A DNA stretch of 64,000 nucleotides, taken from assembly GCA_963728405.1 (NCBI GenBank), contig CAVSJV010000017.1, forward strand, positions 288,001 to 352,000, given 5' to 3'. Numbering within the stretch: the stretch's first letter is position 1; each line of letters starts with the position of its first letter. This document shows positions 1 through 10,276 of this stretch, piece after piece. Below the pieces are notes generated by a model. It was not told the origin of the DNA, ran no database searches, and saw nothing but the letters and a program-made list of their open reading frames with translations. The DNA comes from Methanomassiliicoccaceae archaeon (lineage in GTDB: Archaea; Thermoplasmatota; Thermoplasmata; Methanomassiliicoccales; Methanomassiliicoccaceae). A program made the position numbers and the translations under genes.

Positions 1-19
1 AGATAATGGCGCCCCCTCG

Positions 20-1375
20 CTACTTGCTCTCCTCGGCCCCGGTCTTCTCACAGGGCGCATCCTTGCACCTTCCGAGCGCCATCCTGATCTCCCTGATGGC
101 CGCCTTCCCTGGGGCGGTGTCCTCTAGATAGTACAGCCATACGCCGACGAAGAGGACGGCAAACCCCAGAGCTATGGTCCTGAGCGGCAGTACTAGGATC
201 AAGACGAGACAGGAGATCGCCCCCAGTGTCGGGAACAATATGCCCAGGGGCGGTCTGAAGTACTTCTTACCTTCGGTCAGGCTCTTCCCCTTCCTTATGA
301 GGGCCAGGGCGCTGAGGTTGACCAGGAACATCGTTGCCAGGATGACCGCATTGGTGGTCTCGACGATGAAATCGAGGCCCCCCAGCATGATGAACGCTGC
401 TGTGATGGCCGACCCCAGGATGATGGAGTTGGCCGGTTGTCCGTTCCTCAGCTTGGCATAACGTCCGGGCAGTTGTTCCTCGCTGGCCATCTCCATGGTG
501 ACCCTTGACGCCCCCACCAGGTTGGCATTGGCCGAGGAGACCGTGGAGATGGTGGCGGCGAAAGCGATGAGGGCCCCGCCAGCAGCGCCGAAGATCACGT
601 TCGCGGCATCGAACACGCTCTGTCCACCATAGCTAGGTAGGTTTGCGGCCAGTAGTGCGACGATGGTGCCGACGTAGATCACGGTGACGATGCCTATCGA
701 GATCAGAATGGCCTGGGGGACCTTCCTGCTGGACTCCTTGACCTCCCCGCCCATCATCGCCGCGACCTGGAAGCCGGTGTAGGCGAAGAACACCATGGTG
801 GTCCCCTGGACCAGCCCGTTCGTCCCATTGGGCATGAAGGGAGTAAGATCTGAGGCCTGGATGGTCAAGAGGCCGAACACGACCAGAATCAACAATATCC
901 CGACCTTGGTGGCGACCAGGGCGAACTCGACGATCCCCGCCTCGGCCAGCCCCCGGAGGTTCAGGGCAGCGATGAACAGGAGGGCCGCCAGAGCTAGTAT
1001 CCTGATGTCGACGTTTATCCCTAGCAATAGGTTCAGATATATGCCGAAGCCCAGGAGAACGAATGCCGTGGATATCATGCTGAACGCATACATCCCCCAT
1101 CCCGTCAGGAAGCCGGGGAACTTACCCAGCATCTTGCGTGCGTAGAGGTACCCGCCCCCATCTTCGGGGAATATGCTGGCAAGAGCGGCGTAAGATATCC
1201 CTGAAAAGGTGACCACCACGCCGCCTATCAGGTAGGAGGCGATGGCCGCCGGGCCTGCCGTGTTGATGACGAGCCCGCTAAGGACGAACACCCCCGCCCC
1301 GATCATCGTACCAATGGAGAAGGCTACGGTCATAGCCATCCCCAGTCCCTCGCTCCTCTTGGTGCCCTTTACCAT
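20..1375 (-). CDS. APC-family amino acid permease
   Basis: 451 aa, about 12 hydrophobic segments, N-terminal GTMIGAGVF and FFAYTGF motifs typical of APC transporters. Confidence 0.9.
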   Translation of the reverse strand: MVKGTKRSEGLGMAMTVAFSIGTMIGAGVFVLSGLVINTAGPAAIASYLIGGVVVTFSGISYAALASIFPEDGGGYLYARKMLGKFPGFLTGWGMYAFSMISTAFVLLGFGIYLNLLLGINVDIRILALAALLFIAALNLRGLAEAGIVEFALVATKVGILLILVVFGLLTIQASDLTPFMPNGTNGLVQGTTMVFFAYTGFQVAAMMGGEVKESSRKVPQAILISIGIVTVIYVGTIVALLAANLPSYGGQSVFDAANVIFGAAGGALIAFAATISTVSSANANLVGASRVTMEMASEEQLPGRYAKLRNGQPANSIILGSAITAAFIMLGGLDFIVETTNAVILATMFLVNLSALALIRKGKSLTEGKKYFRPPLGILFPTLGAISCLVLILVLPLRTIALGFAVLFVGVWLYYLEDTAPGKAAIREIRMALGRCKDAPCEKTGAEESK

Positions 1376-1726
1376 AGTAAACAGCCTATCCGGAAGGTGG
1401 AACAGAACATTTCTATTCTGACCGTGAGAATGTAAAAGGAATGCATTTTACTTTAATAATGGCCCCAAACCTTCGAGGCTCAGACCCGATGTACGCTCCG
1501 AAGCATGCTCCATCAAGGGTCACGGATGCCCAATATCGTCGATCTGCTCATCCCAGCGATCGAGGTGAACACTGTTGGTCCGCCGAGCACTCTCGAATTT
1601 CGATTCAATAACGGGGTTTTCGTGCACGAGCGCTCGCTGGACAAACCCTTTCTCTTTTTTCCTGATTCAAGCCAGGAGGCCACGCCAAGGGTGCGATAGC
1701 ATGTGAAAGGAGGAATGGGGAGGAGT

Positions 1727-3876
1727 TTAGCCCGTGGCGTTTCCCGTGCCATTACTTGTCTGGGTTGAGTTGTTCTCAGGGACGCTAGGCATGGTTACCG
1801 GCGCCCCCGGCCTGACACTCGGAACAGTTCCGGTGGATCCATTGGCGGGGTTGTTAGTGGTGTTGGTGGGCGTCGCCGGCACGGTGCCGTTGGGTGGCGA
1901 GGAATTGTTCTGAGGGAGCGGGTTGGATCCCGGTTCGAAATTGACCACGGTGGTCGCGGACATGGGGCTCACCGAGCGGTTCTGCCCGTCCACTAGGCGA
2001 AAGCTCATCTCGAACTGCCCGGTCCGGTGGAAGTAGATATAACCGCTCATCTCAGGGTGCCAGGTATCGATGTTGGTGGGCGGTGATGTCTGGCTCATCG
2101 ACTGGTCCGGCTCTGAGGACCCCCAACCGATGATAGTGTGGTCGTCCACCTGCGTCCATACCGGCTCCGTCGAGGCGACCCGGTTAAACACTATCGACCC
2201 ATATATGAGCAAGAGGTCGTCCCCCGTTAGGGTCTGGGGGGAATATATCTGCACCACCCAGTGGTACAGTTCCCTCACCCCAATTAGTATCGTTAATGTG
2301 GTTGACACTCGACCAGTCCAGTTGCTTGCCCCGATCGGTCAGGGTGGTCGTCACAGCATACGTTACCGGGTCCGACGCATTGACCACGAGGTTGTTGGAA
2401 TCCACGTTAGATGACCAGTGGAGCACCGGGGCGTTGAAAAGGTAACCTTCGTCGCTCCCTCCGTTCTCCCCGCTGCCATTAGAGTTGACACGTGCCGTCT
2501 TTTGAATGGATGGTGAGGCCATCAAGTTTGGTGCCAAGTTCCTGCTCACTGTCCCATTGGTAGTATCCCCGATGTAGAATTTTATCGTGTAGTCCCCTGG
2601 CTTCAAGAAGTCAATCCCGGTGGGACCGAATGCCTTGAACATCTCCTTGGTCTCGTTCGCCGGGTCAGTAGCTATCGGCATCTTCTGATTGTTGAAGAGG
2701 TTGTACGGCTCCCTGCTGAGAACGACCCGAACGGTGTGGGAATCAACCTGGACCACCTTCGCCTGAATCCCAAACAAATCCGGTGATGGGAAATACAGTG
2801 GCCCCTTTGCCGAGACATTTACATCATTGGCATTGATGCCGTTGGGGTCGGAAATCTCCATCACGAAGTTCAGATGGACGGCACTATCGTTGAGACGCCA
2901 AGTATGGTCCTGCCCGTAGAGAGTGTTGTCCCTTATGTACTGCAATCCATAGTCGGTCAAATCCGCCGACAGCAGGAGGTAGTAGTCGGTCCCAGTCTTT
3001 AGCTGATCGTCGTCGTAGTGGACCATATCCGCAAAATTGGTTTCAGGAACCTTCTGGCCTGCATACCATCCATCAACGGCGATGTTGTCGTAGATGTACT
3101 GGGTTCCAGTACCTCCGTTCCCTCCGTTCACGCTAATGATTATGGTGATCGAGATGGACTGACACAATTGGGTTCCGGTGGCCGCGTCGTAGGCAGTGAT
3201 GGTGATAGTGAACGTCCCAGCCTTATCGATGGCTAGGTTGATCGGCAGCCACCACTCGCTGCTCTGCCTTGGCGTCCAGGTGTAGCCGAGCGAATGAATC
3301 CCATCGTGGCTCAGGTCGAGCAAGCATCCGCTCGTGACGCCGTCGTGATCGTCATAGGTCACGAAAGAAGGTACGGCATAGGAGGGCGTGCCCTGGTGCT
3401 CTAGCCAGACGAACGAGGTCACCATCGAAGCGTCCGCGCCGCTGATGGTGATGATATTGGTGACATTGCCGCGATATTGCGGTTTATTGTTCTTCTCGTG
3501 CAGGTTCAAGCAGAAGTAGGTGTTGGATGCGGAGGACTCGACCGGCTTGGTGGCCCAGTCCTGAGCAATGGTGTTGATGGCATCAGATGGTGGTGTTAGA
3601 CATGTCGTTAGGTCCGGGTGAAGGCGGGGTCTTGTTCCGATTCTCAGGTACCATCACCGAATTTGGATTAGGCGAAGGCTGGCTCTTGTTCAAGGAAGAG
3701 ATGATCAATGGTGGGTTCGTGGCGTTGTCCTTGATGACCGATGGCGGCACGGCCGGCACATTGTTCTTATCGGAATTGGATAGCAGCGCTGGCCCATTGA
3801 CTATGAGAAAAGACCCTATCAAGATTACTACCAAGGCGACAACAATCCCTGTTACCCAACCGGAACCGAGCCTCAT
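1727..3876 (-). CDS. Secreted or membrane-anchored surface protein with repeated beta-sandwich domains (three ORF pieces, apparent frameshifts near 3585 and 2268)
   Basis: N-terminal hydrophobic anchor, Pro/Asn/Thr-rich linkers and many NxS/T sequons. Pieces 3583-3876, 2184-3509 and 1727-2308 join after single-base corrections. Confidence 0.6.
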
Positions 3877-4403
3877 CTACGAATCCCCTGAGGCCGCGAT
3901 TAATAGTTCGAGGTTGCAGTATTTAAACTAAAGGCATTGAAATGCTGGCCGGATGGGATGCTGAACATTTCCGTCACCCAATCGCCGGTGAGTGCAGGAG
4001 TTATAGCTATCATCTTGAATTTCCCCACGTAATATCGTAGCATGGTTAGCTAGCATTATCGACTCCTGATGTTCCCATTTCCTAAAGATCTAACTGAGTT
4101 CAATCTCGACAGTCCACATGCGAGCATGAGACATTCATAACTCACTTTCGGCCACCTCCCCGATAGCTTGATACTTAAAATGGATCACTAACGCTCGTGC
4201 TCGACCGCATCGGCGTTAGGGCCATTGAGCTTCAGCACTTGGGCCTAGCTCCTATGGGCGCCCTCATCCTCACCAACCTGGAGGCCGGAGATTCGGTGGA
4301 GCAGGTCGCTAACAGGCTCAATGTCACAATAAAGAGGGTCTGGTTAGCGAGACGCCACGGCGAGAGCATTACGAGAAATCTTGACCTGCCAGGCGATAAC
4401 CTT

Positions 4404-4733
4404 ATGAAAGTCGCCCCATACGCCAACGTTTCAACAAGGGACAAGGACCAGGCCCCCGAGGCCCAATTGCTCAAACTAAGAGACTTCGCCACCGGTCGCA
4501 ACGGCAACCGCCCGGGGCTGAAGAAGCTCCTAAAAGATGCCCGAGCGGGGGAGTTCCAGACGGCGGTAATCATCCGCATTGACCGGATAATGCGCAGTCC
4601 ATCCAACCTCTATGAATTATTCCAGGACTTTGAAACATGGAACGTCTGCATGGTGGCCACTGACCAGGAGATCGATACCAACACGACCACCGGACGGTTG
4701 ATGTTCGGCCTGCTTGGGCCCATTAGCTCATGA
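4404..4733 (+). pseudogene. Degenerate serine recombinase (resolvase/invertase catalytic domain)
   Basis: MKVAPYANVST (YARVST-like), NRPGLKKLL, RIDRIMRS and DTNTTTGRLMF motifs. Internal deletion after LRDFA, premature TGA at 4731-4733, HTH-like remnant just upstream. Confidence 0.8.
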
Positions 4734-5051
4734 GAACTGGACCCGTTAAGCGACCTAGGCCAGGTTTCAGGGAATATGAGATTGATCGGCTTCAACTAAT
4801 TCTCCTTGCGGTCGTACCGTACTCCTCAACGTTCGCTCCATGTCGGTGATGTCGATGTCGCCAGTTAAGCAGTAAACGGTCGGCCTGATGTAGTCGCCCA
4901 TCACACCACCACGCAATCGTACCTCCATCCGCCCATAGCGGCCTTGCACTCCACGGTGCCCTTCAGGAACGCGTGGAAAGATACCGCGATATTCATTCCT
5001 GCACGAGCACCCGTTATTGACAAAAAATATAAGCCGTCTGGATATGGATGA

Positions 5052-5129
5052 TGGCGAGCCCGGGGGGATTCGAACCCCCGTCATCGGCTTCGAAGGCCGA
5101 AAGGATAATCCAGGCTACCCCACGGGCCC
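5052..5129 (-). tRNA. tRNA-Arg (UCG), CCA encoded
   Basis: GGGCCCG acceptor stem, anticodon arm TCGGC-CT-TCG-AA-GCCGA, GGTTCGAATCC T-loop, 3' CCA. Confidence 0.95.
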
Positions 5130-5419
5130 AGGCACGGCACCTTTCTTGCTCGTACCGCACATGCCAACATATGCTCCGATATAAGATTATCTGCCTTGAT
5201 GATGCATCCCTCTTAAATCCCCATCTGACGAAGTGAGATTTCCCTACCAAGTACTGGGTCAAGGATCTGGCTAGAAGGCGTTCTCGGAGATGTTCGGCAT
5301 CAGGTAGAATAGGGACCTTGCCCTTAACCTCGCCGCCTAGGAGATTTCACCGGGCGATGGTCGGATTTCCGGCGATCATTCCATAGCCCTCCTGGCCGTC
5401 CGAAGTGGATCGTGCATAA

Positions 5420-6244
5420 ATGACCGATATCAACGTTATGAACAAGTGCGAGGCGGAAAAAGCGATCAAGTCAGCCCGCCTTCCCGGGGTCAAGCACAAG
5501 ATCGTCGTCATGAGCGGCAAGGGAGGAGTGGGCAAGTCCACCGTGGCAGTAAATCTGGCCATGGCCCTGGTCAAGCAGGGCCGAGCGGTGGGCATACTTG
5601 ATGCCGACCTACACGGGCCGAGCGTACCAAAACTATTGGGCTGTCCGGACGCCCAGCTCCAGATAGTTGGCCAGCATATCTTACCTGCCGAGGTGGCCCC
5701 GAGGCTCAAGGTTGTTTCTGTCGCATATCTCACTCAGGAGTCCGACGCCCCGGTGGTATGGCGTGGCCCGGTCAAGATGGGGGCGATCAGGCAGTTCATC
5801 GAGGATGTGGAATGGGGTGAGCTCGACTACCTGATCATTGACCTGCCTCCGGGGACCGGGGACGAGCCCCTGAGCGTGGCCCAGCTGGTCCCATCTCCTG
5901 ATGGGGCGGTCATCGTCACCACGCCACAGGACGTGGCCTTGATCAGTGTCAAGAAATCCATCCGGTTCGCCCAGATGCTCGATCTCAACATCATCGGGCT
6001 GGTCGACAACATGAACGGTTACATCTGCCCACGTTGCGGGGAGGCCGCGGATCTATTCGGCGGAGACCTGGCGGTCAAGGTCGCCCAGCAATACGGCATC
6101 CGCTACCTTGGGAAAGTGCCGCTGCACTCCGCGGTAGCCCATAGCGGAGAGGATGGCATCCCATTCGTGCTATCCAGCGGACCGGCCACCGAGGCGTTCG
6201 AACGGATAGTGGCTTCGATCCTCGAGCTAGTGGAGGGCGAATAG
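5420..6244 (+). CDS. mrp: Mrp/NBP35 (ApbC) Fe-S cluster carrier ATPase
   Basis: MSGKGGVGKST, DADLHGP, VWRGP, DLPPGTGD, TTPQ and CPRC motifs. Confidence 0.95.
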   Translation: MTDINVMNKCEAEKAIKSARLPGVKHKIVVMSGKGGVGKSTVAVNLAMALVKQGRAVGILDADLHGPSVPKLLGCPDAQLQIVGQHILPAEVAPRLKVVSVAYLTQESDAPVVWRGPVKMGAIRQFIEDVEWGELDYLIIDLPPGTGDEPLSVAQLVPSPDGAVIVTTPQDVALISVKKSIRFAQMLDLNIIGLVDNMNGYICPRCGEAADLFGGDLAVKVAQQYGIRYLGKVPLHSAVAHSGEDGIPFVLSSGPATEAFERIVASILELVEGE

Positions 6245-6395
6245 TCAGGTCCGGCACCGCCCCGTTCGGTGGGCCGGGAAAACCACTTACACTATTTATT
6301 CTACATACTGAAATATTATTAATCCTTTCAATGCAATATTGTTCTGGTCTGTTGTTTCCGAGGGATGCGACACCAGGGAGACAGAGCACGAGGGG

Positions 6396-6704
6396 ATGGT
6401 GCTACTGGACAGAATATTGGAGAACAGCCCGACCTGGTCGCCCAAGGGAAGCCGGGTCGATCCCTACATGGGCGTTGATGAATGGACCAAAGCTTGGATA
6501 TGGCATCACATCCGGAGCTACGTCCTGGAGCGCGACGAGCACACCTGCCAGGTGTGCGGGGACAACACCGAAGAGGTCCAGATGCACCACATTGTATAGA
6601 GGAGCCACAATGGCTCGGACCATCCGAGGAACCTGATGATGGTCTGTGAACGCTGCCACCGGCAGATGCACGCCAGGGAACTGCCCTTGATGATGTACCA
6701 ATAG
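6396..6704 (+). CDS. Small HNH endonuclease interrupted by in-frame TAG at 6597-6599 (amber readthrough or pseudogene)
   Basis: VLERDEHTCQVCG...MHHIV-TAG-RSHNGSDHPRNLMMVCERCHRQMH. GAGGGG precedes ATG at 6396. Confidence 0.75.
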
Positions 6705-6893
6705 GAAGATGGTAGGAAAAGGAAACGCTCCCTTATCGCGGAACAGGAGACCCTGTCCACGCCATCCTGGACGGACCGAGCTTCCGAGACCATCGTTCAA
6801 CAAGAGCATCCAGCGGTCTGGGGGCGGACGATCGACACAACCGCATCAGGACGAAGGTCTGGGGGAAGATTTAAACTCAACTTGACGAATCAC

Positions 6894-7946
6894 ATGACCA
6901 TGAAGAGGGTCACCATGGGCGATGGGGCCGGCGGAGAGCTCATGCATGAGCTGCTGTCCCACTATATCATCCCGTTCCTGCCGCAGTTCCCGGTCGAGGT
7001 ACCGCTGCGATCGTTCGACGATTCCGCAGTGGTCGGGGACGTGGTCTTCACCACCGACGGCCACACCGTGAAACCGCTGTTCTATCCCGGAGGGGACATC
7101 GGCTCCCTATCGGTCTGTGGCACCGTGAACGACATCGCGGTGATGGGCGCCACGCCCTTTGCCATGGCACTATCCATGATCCTCGAGGAAGGGTTGGAGA
7201 TCGACGTCCTGGAGAGAGTGATGAAGTCCATTGGCCAATATTCCGAGCTGGCCAACGTCCCTGTGGTCACCGGTGATACCAAGGTGGTGGAGTCGGGCGC
7301 GGTCGACAATATGGTGATCACGACCTCGGCCATCGGTAAGCGCAACGCCTACATGGACCACAACCTGGCCGTGGCCAGGGAATATCGTTCGGTCACATCC
7401 AAGTGGTTGACCGACGACAACATCCAGGACGGGGATGCCATCATCGTGTCGGGAACACTGGGGGACCATGGCATTGCCTTGCTCTCCTTCCGCGAAGGCT
7501 ATGGTTTCGAGACCGAGGTCAAGAGCGATACTGCCCCTCTCAACCGCATCATCGAGGAAGTGCTCAAGCTCGGCGGGGCGGTAAGCATGAAGGACCCCAC
7601 CCGAGGGGGGTTCGCCAACGCCATCAACGAGTGGTCCTCCAAGTCCGGAGTGGGCGTTGAGGTCGAGGAATCGGCCATCCCCATATCTGAGCCGGTCAGG
7701 AACGCCTGCGAGCTTCTAGGCCTCGACCCCCTCACCATCGGCAACGAGGGAAAGGTGGTCATCGGCTGCGTCCCGGAGATGGCCGAAGAGATCGTGAAGC
7801 TCCTGCGCCGCAATCCCCTCGGGAAGAACGCTGCCATCGTGGGCAAGGCCACGAGGAAGTACCAGCGGGTGGTGCTCCGGACCGAGGTCGGCGGACACCG
7901 CATACTGGAACCGCCGGTCGGCGATCCGGTCCCCCGCATCTGCTGA
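6894..7946 (+). CDS. hypE: Hydrogenase maturation protein HypE
   Basis: GAGGELM, FTTDGHTVKPLFYPGGDIG, TGDTKVV, MKDPTRGG, NEGK and C-terminal PRIC. Confidence 0.95.
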   Translation: MTMKRVTMGDGAGGELMHELLSHYIIPFLPQFPVEVPLRSFDDSAVVGDVVFTTDGHTVKPLFYPGGDIGSLSVCGTVNDIAVMGATPFAMALSMILEEGLEIDVLERVMKSIGQYSELANVPVVTGDTKVVESGAVDNMVITTSAIGKRNAYMDHNLAVAREYRSVTSKWLTDDNIQDGDAIIVSGTLGDHGIALLSFREGYGFETEVKSDTAPLNRIIEEVLKLGGAVSMKDPTRGGFANAINEWSSKSGVGVEVEESAIPISEPVRNACELLGLDPLTIGNEGKVVIGCVPEMAEEIVKLLRRNPLGKNAAIVGKATRKYQRVVLRTEVGGHRILEPPVGDPVPRIC

Positions 7947-8579
7947 TCACAGCACCGATTCGATCCAGAAGCAGATCAAGAACGCCGCCACACCGGCCAC
8001 GGCCATCCTCGCACCCTGGGTTAACGGATTGCGTTGGCCCGCCCGGCCCATGAACGCGCCGACCACGAACAATATGCTGATGGCCAGCCCCAGGCTGATG
8101 TAGGCGGCCAGGCGGATGTCCTGTTCCCCGACCACCAGGAAGGGAGTCAGCGTGATAGCCCCGGCGATGACCGGAGCGGTGAAGTTGACCACTGACACCA
8201 CGAAGATGGTGAGTTTCGAAGTGCGGTGTATGTGGGTGTCTTCCAGGGATGTCAGCATCGCCCGTTCCATCTCCCGCATCTTGATCGACTGTTCCATCGT
8301 CTCGGCCTCGAAGACGCTGATGCCGGTGGATATGCCCAAGGCGACGCTGCTGGTGGTGATCGTCACGATCACCAGGCGTAGATTGGGCTCGCTGGAGAAG
8401 GCCGATGCTATCAGGATGCCCAATATCACGAAGGTCGAGTCGAATATCGTGTTGACGAAGAAGCGGCGCAGGGTAGGCCCGGTCTCCGGCTCGTCCAGGA
8501 CCGCCCTTATTCTGACCACCAGACTGTCATCTCTTGCCAAGGTATATCCACCGGAATGTATGACGATTACACATATCAC
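7947..8579 (-). CDS. VIT1/CCC1-family membrane protein
   Basis: RRFFVNTIFDS N-terminus and about 5 TM segments with a soluble EAE..E loop; start uncertain. Confidence 0.7.
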   Translation of the reverse strand: MICVIVIHSGGYTLARDDSLVVRIRAVLDEPETGPTLRRFFVNTIFDSTFVILGILIASAFSSEPNLRLVIVTITTSSVALGISTGISVFEAETMEQSIKMREMERAMLTSLEDTHIHRTSKLTIFVVSVVNFTAPVIAGAITLTPFLVVGEQDIRLAAYISLGLAISILFVVGAFMGRAGQRNPLTQGARMAVAGVAAFLICFWIESVL

Positions 8580-8650
8580 GCTTTCGGGGGGTCAGCACGT
8601 CAAGGAAGACCGGTACAAAACCTCGTTCTCACCATATCCTTCATCTGAGT

Positions 8651-8661
8651 AATTTTTAATA
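8651..8661 (+). promoter_or_regulatory. Putative TATA box of tRNA-Val
   Basis: TTTTTAATA about 30 nt upstream of the tRNA 5' end. Confidence 0.5.
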
Positions 8662-8687
8662 CCACTGCCACATTCAGACACAGGCAC

Positions 8688-8760
8688 GGGCTCATGGTCT
8701 AGCGGTTATGATGCTTGCCTTACACGCAGGATATCGCCGGTTCGAATCCGGCTGAGCCCA
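8688..8760 (+). tRNA. tRNA-Val (UAC)
   Basis: GGGCTCA...TGAGCCC-A acceptor stem, anticodon arm CTTGC-CT-TAC-AC-GCAGG, GGTTCGAATCC. Confidence 0.95.
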
Positions 8761-9230
8761 CTCTTCTCTTTATCCAGATCTAATTGGTGCGTACATAAGT
8801 TCCACAAGGCAACTTAGTACTGGCTAGCATTAGTATGAATTATATTGAAATCAGTATCTTACTGTCTGGACCTCAAGATGTTTGATCTCACCTTAGGTTG
8901 TAAGCGTCTGGTATCGGCATGATACCGGATGATCGACAAGGACCTCACAAACTGGGGTGGAGATAATGCTTTTTGTATCCAGTGGCCAGGCAGACTTGAC
9001 CGGATCCAGGGCGATCAGCGGTATGAGGTTTAAATTCAGCCCCTTGCACTTCTTCACGGGGTGCTATACAATTGGATAAATTTCGCACCACCTCCATGAG
9101 CGGAGGCTTGTCGTGCTAAGTGACGCCATAATATCAAGTGCATAGCTCATCCCCCCGCTCCTAATTTGGACCAGCATTAATAAAATGGAGTTAGGGTGGA
9201 ATTCTTAAGTAAATCCCAGGGGGAATTAGT

Positions 9231-10262
9231 CTGACACACCACTATTCCGGACCGAATTTCGGCTTTCCACGAGGAGACGCTCGTTTGGACCTCACTGACC
9301 TTTTTGCGTTCCCCAAGCCTGGCGACCCCAGTAAGTCGACCATTATCATGAACACGCATCCCTCATCTGCGCTCAATCCACCCGAACCGACAAACTCTGA
9401 ACCCTTCGCGCCGGAGGGACTCTATGAGCTGAGGGTGGATACGAACGGGGACATGATCGCGGACATCGCCTATCGAGTGCGCTTCTTACGAAGCGGAAAT
9501 GGTGCAATGACGGCGACGGTGCGTCGGGCGGAGGGGCCCGAGGCCGCCGGCAGAGGCGAGGAAGGGAAGGTCATCATCGAGGGAGCGCCGGCCTCGATGG
9601 GTCGCGAAGCGCAGGTGACAAGGTCTGGTGCGTATCGCTTGTTTACCGGCTGGCGCAGCGATCCGTTCTTTTTCGACGTGGAGGGTGTTTTGAACAAGAT
9701 GCAGTTCACGGGGACGGACTGGTTCGCCGATAAGGATATTTGCAGCATAGTCTTGGAGATTCCCGTAAGCGACCTCGGCGGTGGAGTGAGCGTGAACCTA
9801 TGGCATCGGTCCCTCGTGCAGGTTGATGGCAAATGGGTGCAGGCCGACCGAGGGGCACTGCCCTCTCAGACCCCCTTCCTGGCGGACGCCCAAAGAGAGG
9901 CGTACCTTGACGGAGAGCCAGCACAGGACGAGAGATTCGTGCCCATGTTCGCCCACGTTCTGGAGAAGACCGGCGGGTACACCCCGCAAGGAGCCGAGGC
10001 AGCGGCCAGGAGCCTGTTGCCTGACGTCTTGCCGTACGACCCCAGGAAGCCCGCGGCCTATCCTGGAAACGGACGCACCCCCACGGACGATTCGAAGGAC
10101 ATCTTTCTGACCGTGTTCAACGGCAGGCTGACACGGGATAAGTGTGGTCCGCACACTGATCTATTGAACGAGTTCCCCTACCTTGGTCCGCCACACAAAA
10201 TTCGATCTGAGGGCGCTGAGCCTGGCAAGAGCCGTTCAACCGTCAGTGTGTTGGGACGATGA
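9231..10262 (+). CDS. DUF4331-family protein (probable CTG start)
   Basis: HHYSGPNFGFPRGDARLDLTDLFAF, FTGWRSDPFFFD and YPGNGRTPTDD, FPYLGPPH motifs. Confidence 0.75.
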   Translation: MTHHYSGPNFGFPRGDARLDLTDLFAFPKPGDPSKSTIIMNTHPSSALNPPEPTNSEPFAPEGLYELRVDTNGDMIADIAYRVRFLRSGNGAMTATVRRAEGPEAAGRGEEGKVIIEGAPASMGREAQVTRSGAYRLFTGWRSDPFFFDVEGVLNKMQFTGTDWFADKDICSIVLEIPVSDLGGGVSVNLWHRSLVQVDGKWVQADRGALPSQTPFLADAQREAYLDGEPAQDERFVPMFAHVLEKTGGYTPQGAEAAARSLLPDVLPYDPRKPAAYPGNGRTPTDDSKDIFLTVFNGRLTRDKCGPHTDLLNEFPYLGPPHKIRSEGAEPGKSRSTVSVLGR

Positions 10263-10276
10263 GGTCAGATGCGCTC

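Noticed and set aside
6396-6704. HNH gene as an IscB/Cas9-like RNA-guided nuclease
   Set aside because: Only about 100 aa, with no RuvC or PLMP/RRXRR motifs and no array nearby.
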